Shown here piece by piece: positions 23,782 through 34,503 of a DNA stretch of 64,000 nt. The notes beneath the pieces were generated by a model. The model searched no databases and was not told the origin of the DNA. It saw nothing but the letters and a program-made list of their open reading frames with translations. Position numbers and translations under genes: made by a program. This DNA comes from Schizochytrium sp. TIO01. Lineage: Eukaryota; Protista; Bigyra: Labyrinthulomycetes. Within the stretch, counting starts at the first letter, position 1, and every line of letters starts with the position of its first letter. The DNA lies in assembly GCA_004764695.1 (NCBI GenBank), contig SMSO01000032.1, forward strand, positions 2,604,001 through 2,668,000. The letters are read 5' to 3'.

Positions 23782-26368
23782 CATTTTGTGGATGCCTATT
23801 AGGACTTGTTGAAGATACTTCATATGAGATAAGTATGTAATTGGTTCATGGAAGAATATGAGTTTTTCAAAGTTGTCGTGGGACCCTTGAAAGTAGAATT
23901 GAAAAGAAAGAAAACGGGTGAGGCAATTCTGACATTTAAGAAAAGGCATTCAATCCCACACAAATAACATGCGCCTTCGCGTCTTTCATAGGTGGACGCG
24001 GAGCTTCCCAGCGACTTCTCAGAAAGTTCATCTCAGGACGAATTAACAATGAGATGCGAGAATTGCTATACTTCGACCCTTAGCCATTCTCCAATGATTG
24101 TTTATTATTTTATTTTTTAATTTAAAGTAGCGCAGATCGTGCTTGCATTTTTTGTTGGACTCATGACCCATGCTGCTGCGAAATACTCATTACTGTAGCC
24201 TCATCAAGGTAATGTTTTTTCTCAGCGCATGGCAAATTTGGAATACGCTTGGACAGCTCCTTGACGCTACTTAAAGCCGTATGTTGAACTTAAGAAAGAA
24301 AACAAGGTTTTTAAAGAAAGGTTGTAATATCGTTGCAGAGCAACTTAGCCACTGATCTGGTCAGGGTAATGGGATACCTGGCTTTAACATATCTAGCTTT
24401 CGGGATGGTAATAGACAGATGAAAACTGATAACAGTACATTTACAAAATCACAAATCACTCGATTAACTCCTTGTCACAACCTGAGTGTACCTCCATAAG
24501 AAATCAGAATGAATTAAAAACGCAACTCGAATCTATAGCATAAGGACAGCTTCTATTCCTATAAAAACAATGGTTTTTAGCAGTAATGTTAGAGTACCCA
24601 GTGTATTTGCGTGGGCATTTGATGGGTGCCGCTGTAACACTTTCACTCGCTCAAGCTTGGCCTCCAGGCGCCCTTCAAGTTAGCTGGCTGTTTCATTCCT
24701 GCGAGGCTGATGAGTTCAACAATTTTGAAAAACATGCTCAATGTATGTTATCCTTTTCGTTGTCTTTCTTTTTTAGGACGTGGCTTTGGGCAAAACTTGT
24801 TTATAAAAAAGGAAAAGCGACAATGACCAAACGTCAAATTAAAGGACACATTTTAGTTCCAAATGAAAGGTGTGCACCGGATATGGAAACACTATCTAGT
24901 CATCTCAAAGGTAGCAGTGGACATGCATTTGATGCTTATCTATTTAGAACAGCCGCTTCAAGCGATTTCTTTCTGTTGGGTTTCTAAATAAGCCTCATAG
25001 GCCACAGAGGAATGAAGAAGATGCAGAAGCAGAATCAGAAGAAGAAGGCATAGAAGAGCGAGACTGGCATCTTTAGGTTCTTCGTTTTTTCAAAGAAAGA
25101 ATGCTCTTGACGTCCCGTCTTATAATTACAAAATTCTAGAGTAGAAAAATAAAAATGTTTTACACGTGCCTCCAACTCCCCTTCATTTTGACATGTCCCT
25201 AGTACAACTACATCTCGGACTCTCCACCTATTTCAGAAGCTGCTTGAGGAAGTCGTAAGTTGAATTGATCGCCATGACGGCAATCCTTTGTTAATTTTTG
25301 TCTGAAGGTGCCTTTGGTACCGTGTGCACAAGCGGGAAATCAATGCATGATGAACATAATAGGTACTATTCAGTAACTCCTAATTGCACATAAGTCCTGC
25401 AAGCTTTCGTTTTAAATTTAAATTTAATTTTTTAATTTTAAATTATATATATCATATTATATAGGCCCTCTATGTAGGCCTTTAAGTAAAAACTAAAAAA
25501 ATCAAGAAAACAATTGAAAACAAAAAATAAATTATTCTAAAAAATACAGAGTAATTATTCACGTTTTTTGAACTTCATCAAGTGGACTCCAACATATGAT
25601 AAATAGATAGTTTGTGTCTATTCTTCGGAGTCCTTTGTCAATTGCGCGACCGAGCTTTGCTAGGTTGGATAGTCACGAGCACACGGTTTTTAAAGCGTGG
25701 ACAGCGACCTTCTTTCGTAGGTAACTGACTCGCTAGTTAGTTGGCTTAACCGGGTTCATCAACAGGGTCCGATTCAGGATCATCACTAGGTTTGGATCGT
25801 TTCCATTTCTCTCTAGACTAGTCAGTGCGCACTTCTCACGCGCACACCTGAGGCTGGCGCATCGCCAACACCTGCTGGCCCTGTCCTAGCATTGTGAAAA
25901 ACTGCTCAAGCAACACAAAAAGAGGGGGCGCCAGAGCACCTTGCGAGAAGCTTCAGTTTCGTTCACTTCACAACCTTCGCAAAAGTATTTTTCTGCACGT
26001 GCTCTCTCTCGAGAGCCCGTCGAATACAAAAATACGAAATCAGCGCTAAGATTACTGGTAGCAAACCCTTGTAGGAGTACTTCTCTGGAGTTGATTGATT
26101 ATCGTCACTCACACTCTGTTTATGAAAAGAAAAAGTGACTTCTTCGCACATCATCTTCGAGGGAGGGCCAGCAGACAAGCAACAGCGGGCTGCTCGAAGG
26201 GTCGGAGTGCGTGCGCATTTTACTGACGAGTGGGTTTACAAGCACGGAGCGGGAGCTCGTTGAAAGCCGGGGTGAAGCGAGCGCTTGACTAATTGCAGAA
26301 GCCAGCAACAGAGAAGTGAACAGGTTCTTGGTGTTGTGGCTGGGTGTGTGCCCGCTCGGCTTGTCACG

Positions 26369-28144
26369 ATGCCTGCGCAGGATTTGACGAAGGCGAAGCC
26401 CGTCTTGATGGGCGAGTTGTATAAGCTAGCGACCAAGTCAAAGAGAAACTGGAAAAAACGATACGTAGTGCTCTATCCGGACTGCATCAAGTACTACAAA
26501 AAGCAGGGCGACGCAACTCCCCGAGGCGAGATTCCACTCACTGCAGAACATTACGTCTCAGATCTTAACAAGGATGCCAAGGGCAAAGAGTTCACATTCG
26601 TGGTTTCTGATTTCCTGACTTCCGTGCGCCTTGCTGCCGATGATGCCCAAACCTCTGATTTTTGGAAAATGGCCATTGCCAAAATCATCAGCAATCTCCA
26701 GGCAAAGGAGAACTGGTATCAAGTAGCAGCAGCCGTACGTGAGCGCTCGCAATCTGAGCGTATGCGCGACCAGGAGGAGCGATTGAAGGCTTATAAGCAG
26801 AGTGTTGGCGACACAACTCAGTTGACCCGAGAGGAGGAAGACATTCATATTGCCCACTTCCTGGCTGATGAGGCTAAAGCTGCTCTATCAAATGCAGAGC
26901 GCAATCTTCAAGACGCAGAGGAGCAGAATCTCCCCACAGACATCATTGAGAGCTTACGCCAAGAGTGTGTTGAAGCAGAAGCTCGCTACTCGAGAGCCCA
27001 GGATGCTGAACAGGAGGCAATTGCAGCCAATGAACAGAAAATCGAGGAGGAACACCTTGAAGCACAACGAATTGAGGATGAGCGGATCCGTGCCGAAGAG
27101 GAGGAGCTTGAACAGCAGCGTCAGCTTGAAGAGGCTCGAGAGAATGCGCAACGAGAGCAGGAGCGTCTGAAAGAAGCTGAGCGCGTTGCTAAAGAGAAGG
27201 CGCGTCGCGCACGAGAGCTCAAGGCGCGTCGCGATGCTGAAAAGCAGGCCAAGGCAGAAGCAGAGGCTGAGGCGGCACGTGCCAAGGCAGAAGCTGATGA
27301 GGCCAAGGCTCGGGCACGAGCCGAGGCCGAGGCCCATGCGCGTCTCGAGGCCCAAGCTCGTGCTGAGGCCCAAGCTCGCGCCAGGGCTGAGGCCCAAGCT
27401 AAAGCTCGTGTGGACGCCCAAGCTAAAGCTCAAGCTGCAGCTGAGGCGAGACGTGCTCAAGCTGAAGCAGATGCCGCGGCTAAAGCAGCAAAGCGTCTTT
27501 CAAGTCGTAGTACACGTAGCGGCGCTTCTGATTCTGCCGGTGCTTCAGAGAGTCTCTTTTCCCGCTTTACACGCCGTATCAGCGTGCGTAGCAGCAGACC
27601 CGAGGAGACCTCTGCAGCTGCTGATTCGGAGCAACAGCAAGGTACTCCGGCTGCTTCTGCTTCTGCCTCGGTTGCTGGTGCTGGTGCTGACCTTGCCTCC
27701 GCCGCTACACAAGCTCTGAGCTCTGCCCGCTCGGGAATTGCTGCGCGGCTTATGCAGTGGCAGGAGAAAATTGAGGGTTATCAGGAAAGCCAAAGTAAGA
27801 ACGTCTTCTCTGGCTCTTACGAGGAAGCCCCAAAGATTTCTCGCGATGATGAAAGCTATGGTCATGCAGTCCCAGGTAGTAAGAGTGAAGCTCGCGCCCT
27901 GGCAGCTGCTGCCTGGGTTGTGAAGGAGATGGACAAACTTTGTGCTGTCATTCGTGATAACGGACAGGTCGCTAGCGACGGTACCGTGACAATCACCTTT
28001 GGTGAATTGTTTATCATTTATCAGGATATTTCTGATTCTCTTGTTGGTATTCTCATGCGTGCCAAAAAGTACAAGCGTCTTACATACGAGGGAGACATGC
28101 TCTTCCAGGGATTACATGACAATGTGGTCATCACCCTGTTGTGA
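26369..28144 (+). CDS. PH domain + coiled coil + STARS/ABRA-type Costars domain protein
   Basis: PH: GELYKL..KRNWKKRYVVL...YYK...PRGEIPL...FWKMAI. C-terminus TFGELF..Y..ISD.LVGILMRAKK....YEGDMLFQG.HDNVVITLL is the Costars signature. First ATG at 26369. Confidence 0.92.
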   Translation: MPAQDLTKAKPVLMGELYKLATKSKRNWKKRYVVLYPDCIKYYKKQGDATPRGEIPLTAEHYVSDLNKDAKGKEFTFVVSDFLTSVRLAADDAQTSDFWKMAIAKIISNLQAKENWYQVAAAVRERSQSERMRDQEERLKAYKQSVGDTTQLTREEEDIHIAHFLADEAKAALSNAERNLQDAEEQNLPTDIIESLRQECVEAEARYSRAQDAEQEAIAANEQKIEEEHLEAQRIEDERIRAEEEELEQQRQLEEARENAQREQERLKEAERVAKEKARRARELKARRDAEKQAKAEAEAEAARAKAEADEAKARARAEAEAHARLEAQARAEAQARARAEAQAKARVDAQAKAQAAAEARRAQAEADAAAKAAKRLSSRSTRSGASDSAGASESLFSRFTRRISVRSSRPEETSAAADSEQQQGTPAASASASVAGAGADLASAATQALSSARSGIAARLMQWQEKIEGYQESQSKNVFSGSYEEAPKISRDDESYGHAVPGSKSEARALAAAAWVVKEMDKLCAVIRDNGQVASDGTVTITFGELFIIYQDISDSLVGILMRAKKYKRLTYEGDMLFQGLHDNVVITLL

Positions 28145-30672
28145 GTTCTGTGATATAATTCCGCATGTTCTCGTCACTAAGTCCTCTATCCCTATGCTTC
28201 CCCCCAATTGTTTTGTCCATTTCTAATTTTCACTTTGACTCGCCTGCTATGAAAGTATTCTTGGGTTGAAATAATACATGCAAGTATTTCTCTGCTGCCA
28301 AGTCACGCGAGTGACGCAGGTCCTAGCCTCTCATTCCTAGCATTACATTGCAACAAACAAAGATATGTCTTTTGTAAGCAGTATGGTGAAATCCTAATTT
28401 GGGTTTTATGTCTACCATTGAACGATAATATATACAGTTCCATCAATCATTACGTTTTTTACATTTTCTTCTCTTCTTCCATCCATTTTTAAAAGTCGCT
28501 CTGGTGCAAGAACTGTATGTAGTAAAGGCAGAGACAAAATACATTGTTAAAGATGACCATGCCGTCTGTATTGCGTTGCCTAAAGGAGCCTTTAAAGCTA
28601 GCAATGAATCAGCTTAACTTTGTACCGCACAACTGTCGATATTCCGCTCAGGATTATTTCTCCCGTGCCTGCTGATCCAGATGTACACAGCAACAACCAT
28701 TGGTTGGAATTGATTCGAATCTGGAAGACCAAGATACCGGTTGAAACTTACACAGCGAGCATTCGCATCATAAGTGTTGACCGTCAGCATAATAGTAGTT
28801 ATTTCGAAAATTAAAAGGCCGGATGCCCTATTATTTAGTCAATGTACCACTTTCACAGAGTCTATGTGCCTTGACGGTATTGATGGGTATTGATGGTGTG
28901 ACAGTCACTTCCATGAACATCACTAGCTGTATAGTATCGTGTTCTTCATGCATGCGAAGCGTGGAGGCATATATTTGTAAATCTCTTCTTCACCGATCTA
29001 ACCATACTCTGAAGATGCGGTTCGCCATGTGCAATGGCCTCATTGTCACGGTGAATGCGTCGAGTCTTAGTTTTGTAATGCCCAGGTACACCTGAGTATC
29101 TAGGTACATGAGAATCGGGTGCTGTGTCTCTAGAGCTAGCTAGCTATACCTCCTTATTTATTTACTTAAATACAAGATGTTACGAGCATTAGGTGCAATT
29201 TCTCGTGGCGCTCGTTCCCGTCGCCTTCCGCAGCATGCCTGGGATCCTAACAAGTTCCATTTGAGGCCCTTCTTTCGTGGGTAGTTCGGGCTTAACATGT
29301 ATATTCTCCATTCATCAAAATGCGTACCCGATTGTTCTGTTCTTTGAAGTATCACAAGAATATGCGTAAATATAGTGGAGTAAAGGATGCATAGCGCTGG
29401 TCTGGTAAGGTGGAGTCCACGGATGCTGACGGTGTGGTCCTGCGCGGCGCCAAGGTGCCAGAACAGTCCGCGTGAGGCGTTGAGTCTCGGATATCGGCGC
29501 ATAAGCGAGTGCTCCGCACCGTTTATGATGCGAAAGTGGCTCAGGGCAGAGTTTGCGGCCATAAACCACCTTCCCCGCGAGCCTTTCGAGGCCCCTTGCG
29601 TGGTTGCGATTGTCTTGGCGCCGGAGTGCATTGAGGTCGGCTCTGGGGCCGCTAGCTCTGACTAGCCCAAACTAGTAAGAGTCCAATGGTGGCGGAGGTC
29701 TCTTGAAGTTTCCAACTTTCAATAAAATTCCAATAGTTTTTTAAATAAAAAGAAAATAAAACTTTTACAATTGAGTTATATGGCTTTAAAATTGTTTTAG
29801 TCTGTCAGTCAGTTGTTCATACGATAGAGAGAGAGAGAAAGAGAGAGATGAAACAGAAAGAAAATGTAAAGAAAAGCATTACAATTGATCCATCCAACGA
29901 TGCTGCTACGAAGAAAGCATCCGTCATCCTCGAATACGTGCAGCACGAGAGGCTTCAGAGCCTCTGGGGCTTGGCGAACGCGCTTCGTTTGAGCCAGGTA
30001 CGGCTCTGAAGGCAATCGATGCCAATTGCAAATAGTACAGGGCTGCCGGCAGAAAAGTCAGAAAGCTGGCACTGCTGGCACTCCTAGAAGATGTGATTAC
30101 CCGAAACGGTAGTCTCCCGAAACCTCATACTCTTCCATTAAAATCAGGCCAATGAGAGTAAACGGTAAGTGTAGATAGTGGACTCCTATGCCATGAAGGT
30201 GGAGTAGGGAGATTGATTGAGATTGAACATAGTCGAGTTCGTGAAGATGTCGAATGGCATTTGTAATAGAAATGCGAGATCTATATTGGTCTTTTTGGTG
30301 CCCTGCGATGCCCACAGCACCGGTGATGGACTCGTAAAGGCCTAAACTGCAGCACATGTAAGCCTCGAGATGAATATGGCTTGAGAGGAGTTGAAATCGA
30401 AAGAATCTTAATCACTGTTGTAGTACAATTGGGGTAGGCGCTTATTAGTAATAAGGTAGTGTTACTTTAGTTTTAACTTTTTTTTAAAGGAAGAAAAACT
30501 ATTGAGAAAATGAAAATGTTATTAAAAAGTGGAAAACCCTTAGTTTTCTGGAGCACAGTAAATCAAGGTAATTCGATCAACTCAGCAAACTGCAATCGCC
30601 TCCGGAGGTTGATCTCTCGTTTGATCGATCGTCCCTGCTAACCCCTCCACCACTCCCGCCTCCGGCAACACG

Positions 30673-32229
30673 ATGAGCGCGACTGGCGAGTTCGTGACCG
30701 GCGCCGTGGCCGGCGTCGCAGCTGCCGTGGCTAGCATCATGCTCGTGCAGCAGCGCAGCAAGTTCTTCAAGGCTCTTGGCCTCGCCAAGAAGCCCGTCTA
30801 CACCTCCACCCGCGGATTTGCCGGTAAGGATGGCAAGGGCCTTGACTTCGAGAGCGCTGTTCTCGCCGGTCTTGGTGAAGATGGTGGTCTCTTTGTGCCT
30901 TCCTTCTTCCCGCAGGTCTCCCCGGAAGTGCTCGACTCGTGGTATGGTCTTGACTACCAAAGCCTCGCCTACGAGCTCATGTCTCTCTACATCCCTGAGG
31001 ACCAGGTTGAGCCCGCTAAGCTCCGTGATATCATCAACCGCAGTTACGCTACCTTCCGCCACGAGGAGGTGACCCCGGTTGTCCGCACCGGCGCCGAAGG
31101 CGAGGGCCCCAAGGTTCTCGAGCTCTGGCACGGTGAGACCTGGGCCTTCAAGGATGTCGCTCTCTCCTTCCTTGGTAACATGTTCGAACACTTCATCACT
31201 CGTCGCAACTCGCTCGTGACTGTGCTCGGTGCCACCTCTGGTGATACCGGATCAAGTGCCATCCACGGTCTTCGTGGCAAGAAGGGTGTCGAAGTGTTTA
31301 TCCTTTACCCGGAGGGCCGCGTGTCACCTATCCAGGAGCTCCAAATGACCACTGTACCCGAAGAGAATGTTCACTGCCTTGCCGTTAAGGGAACTTTTGA
31401 TGACGCTCAAGCGATTGTGAAGGCCATGTTCCGTGACGCCTCCGCCCGTGAGCAGTTTAACCTTGGCGCTGTGAACTCGATCAACTTCTGCCGTATCCTT
31501 GCTCAGATTACCTACTACTTCTACAGTTACCTTCGCATTGTGCCCAAGGGTTCTGGCCAGAAGATCTCCTTCTCTGTACCCACCGGAAACTTTGGAGATA
31601 TCCTTGCTGGATACTACGCCAAGCGCATGGGCCTCCCTGTAGACAGACTTATCGTGGCCACCAACGACAACGAGATCGTGCACCAGTTCTTCTCCCGCGG
31701 CGAGTACTTCAAGCCCGAGGCCGTCATGCAGACTCTTGCCCCATCCATGGATATCTGCGTCTCATCTAACTTCGAGAGGTTCCTGTACCACATGCTCGAT
31801 GACGACTCCGAGGCTCTTCTGGAGATGATGAACAACTTTGAGTCCACCGGAAAGCTCAAGGCTGACGAGGACTTTCTTCGCCGCTCCCAGGCGGAGATGG
31901 ACTCTGCCAGCCTCTCGCGCGAGGAGATCCTCAAGGTCATCAAGGAGAACTACGAGAAGCACCAGTACCTCCTCGACCCTCACAGTGCCATTGGAGTTGG
32001 CGCCGCCGACAAGGTCAACGTCACCACCAGCCCTGTGGTCTGCCTTGCCTGCGCACACTGGGGCAAGTTTACCGATGCAGTTGGCCAGGCCATTGGTGAG
32101 GAGGAGCTCGCCAAGATCCCGTACCCTGAGCTCCTTGAGCAGCTCAAGGCTCTGCCCAAGCGCAAGACCATCCTCGACGCTACCAAGGACGCCGTGCGCT
32201 CTGAGATGTCCAAGTTTGTCAAGAAGTAA
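30673..32229 (+). CDS. THR4: Threonine synthase (fungal/proteobacterial class) with N-terminal hydrophobic extension
   Basis: YTSTRG, GL..DGGLFVP, LELWHGETWAFKD (PLP Lys), ATSGDTGS, AVNSINF.RI.AQ..YY, FSVPTGNFG, DPHSA. Highly biased codons. Confidence 0.97.
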   Translation: MSATGEFVTGAVAGVAAAVASIMLVQQRSKFFKALGLAKKPVYTSTRGFAGKDGKGLDFESAVLAGLGEDGGLFVPSFFPQVSPEVLDSWYGLDYQSLAYELMSLYIPEDQVEPAKLRDIINRSYATFRHEEVTPVVRTGAEGEGPKVLELWHGETWAFKDVALSFLGNMFEHFITRRNSLVTVLGATSGDTGSSAIHGLRGKKGVEVFILYPEGRVSPIQELQMTTVPEENVHCLAVKGTFDDAQAIVKAMFRDASAREQFNLGAVNSINFCRILAQITYYFYSYLRIVPKGSGQKISFSVPTGNFGDILAGYYAKRMGLPVDRLIVATNDNEIVHQFFSRGEYFKPEAVMQTLAPSMDICVSSNFERFLYHMLDDDSEALLEMMNNFESTGKLKADEDFLRRSQAEMDSASLSREEILKVIKENYEKHQYLLDPHSAIGVGAADKVNVTTSPVVCLACAHWGKFTDAVGQAIGEEELAKIPYPELLEQLKALPKRKTILDATKDAVRSEMSKFVKK

Positions 32230-32821
32230 TCGCACACACCCTTAATTTTTTACTTTGCAAATGATCTGAAGACTGCACGGCCAGGGTTGTCGCTTGTGAG
32301 CTAGAAAGCTTGCCATGACAGCACATTGGAATCGTGACATCTTTTATCTATACATGTTCGTTGAACTTTTTTTTCCCCTTTTCTCTGGTTTCTTCGTTTC
32401 ATTTGTGAAAGCAATGCACGTTTTCTTTGCCGGTTTTCCGGTTGCTCGGTGATGTTGCAACCTAGCACTTTGCATATAATAATTTTCATTACTGTTGTGA
32501 CCAAGATGGGTCGAACGAAATTCAAAAATCCTTAAAATTGTAGCGAGAAAAAAAAAAAAAATTGAGACACCGGAGCATCCTTTAAAATTAAAAATAGAAA
32601 AATGCACATCACAATAAATAAACTGAAGGGAGAATGAAGCAAGCACATTCACTCAACTAAGGGCAAAGTTTCGGGGAGAGTTTGCGAACGACCTATCATC
32701 AGTAAAAAATAGAATATTAACACATTGAGAGATCTAGACAGATGAACTTAAGTTTTTACTCTTTTTTTGGTAGGGATTTTATGTAAGGGTCTGTCTACAA
32801 ATTTACGACCAGAGATTTTCA

Positions 32822-33910
32822 TCAAACCACCGGGAAGCTGCAGCAAGTTGAGATGGCGCACATGTTTGTGCCTCGCTCAAGCTTGAAGTAGCCATCAGCT
32901 CCCCACTCAGGGCCCCAGCTGTTCTTAATAATCCAGTAAGGTGTGCCGTCATCCTCAACCCCGTATCCAACAGCTTGCACCGCATGATTCACATCACTAG
33001 GTTTAGTACCGCAGTTTGATGCACTGTACACTCCCGAACTGTACAGACGAAAGTCTGACATGACTTGGAATGCGACAGCAACGGGGCCACTATGAGCCAC
33101 AGCAGCGGCAAGGGAAACCTCGTCGTAAGCTGTGATATTGATGACATCCTTTACCTGAGCAAGTTTGGGTGCAGACTTGTTGAAGAAGCACATGGTGCCA
33201 TCCTTGCCCTTGTAAGGATACTCATCCTCAGTCTCAAGACCTCCATTGTAGTGAATGTACTCGAAAGCCTGGGATGGAAGACCGCCGCTGCAACCATGGT
33301 TATCGTAGGCCTGTGCACAGTCTACAAGCTGTTGCTCGGAAAGAAGCACGTGCTCGCCCTTGTACAGCGCAAGGTGGCTTTCCAGAGTTCCCGTAGTGCT
33401 AAAAGTCCAGCACGATCCGCACTTCCCTTGGTTTTTAACCTTCGAGACAATGCCCTCCTCACGCCAATCAACGTTCTTCGGCAGCGTATTGAGGCTACCA
33501 TCATGACGCCAGGCTTTGGGTCCGTGCCAAGTTGCAGAGCAACCCTGTTCTTTCATGAGGTAGTCGCTCTCGAACTCCTCGGGGGTCATATCTGCAAACT
33601 GGTTTACCTCCAGTGTGTAAGTAACGTCGTCTCGAGCATTGTGAGCTTTCACGAGTGCTACGCTTGTGCGCCAAATGGCCTGACGATAGAGAGCCTCTTC
33701 TTCAGTTTTGTACTCCTTGCCGTGGAAGTTCTTCCACATGGAGAAGAGTTCTTCGTGCACCAGGGATTCGCTAGCCTCTTGAATATTGAAAGACTCAAAA
33801 GCAGTCTGAACGGTTGAGTCACGGAGAATCGTTAAGTCTGCTTTTCCAAGTACGGAAAGGTTCGCAAGAACCAGGACTACGCCCAAGATCATCCAAGTTG
33901 CTCGCATCAT
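32822..33910 (-). CDS. CTSH: Cathepsin H / aleurain-like papain (C1A) cysteine protease with signal peptide and I29 prodomain
   Basis: QGKCGSCWTFS (catalytic Cys), VNHAV (His), YWIIKNSWG (Asn), NQFADMT prodomain, QGCSAT mini-chain motif, GGLPSQAFEYI. Confidence 0.93.
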   Translation of the reverse strand: MMRATWMILGVVLVLANLSVLGKADLTILRDSTVQTAFESFNIQEASESLVHEELFSMWKNFHGKEYKTEEEALYRQAIWRTSVALVKAHNARDDVTYTLEVNQFADMTPEEFESDYLMKEQGCSATWHGPKAWRHDGSLNTLPKNVDWREEGIVSKVKNQGKCGSCWTFSTTGTLESHLALYKGEHVLLSEQQLVDCAQAYDNHGCSGGLPSQAFEYIHYNGGLETEDEYPYKGKDGTMCFFNKSAPKLAQVKDVINITAYDEVSLAAAVAHSGPVAVAFQVMSDFRLYSSGVYSASNCGTKPSDVNHAVQAVGYGVEDDGTPYWIIKNSWGPEWGADGYFKLERGTNMCAISTCCSFPVV

Positions 33911-34503
33911 CTTGTCAAAAACTATTTCTGCTCTCGTCTCCTACTCTTGAGTTTGGAAATGAGCAGCAGGACAAGTGAAGTTCTCCACGGGACTCAACAA
34001 GGTCCGCAATAGGCACAAGGTATCTGCTCAATCAACACAGTTTCGGTTTTGCCTGTGCAGGTTGTATCTAGCTTGCAGTCTGCAAAGATCCACACTACCA
34101 GGTTCTATTACCCAAAAAGAAGAAGATGAAGAAGAAGAAGAAGAAGCAGTACATAGGTACTATGAAAAGGGGGTCCGACACCCAAAAAGTAAAATTAAAT
34201 AAAGAGGTTACAAATTCGGAAGGAACTTCAAAGAACATACACGCAAAAAGTCCATCAGCCAGCATTTGTATCCACGAAGATCTTCTTCTTTTTGCTCCCT
34301 TCTAGCATTTATCGGAGTCATTGCCTACGCCCCAAAAGATTTCAGCTCCATAAGTGGCTGCACATGTCTCGTAGTTTTATGAAGATCATAGGTAGCAATC
34401 AGTTTGAAGCAACAAAGAAAAGTCATTAATCAGTTCCCAGATCGTTCCACAATTTGTGGAGCAGAGAAGATCATCAAAATGACTTTGCAGATGGTCCTGC
34501 GAT

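Noticed and set aside
29158-29665. GC-rich island with a 157-aa ORF or possible structured ncRNA
   Set aside because: No protein family or tRNA/SRP/RNase P/snRNA signature could be recognised; an Rfam search would be needed.
30577-33817. Long antisense or alternate-frame ORFs over threonine synthase and cathepsin (likewise over MAM33, RPB5, the kinase and the PH-ABRA gene)
   Set aside because: Shadow ORFs expected from biased, GC-rich codon usage; they contain no recognisable motifs.
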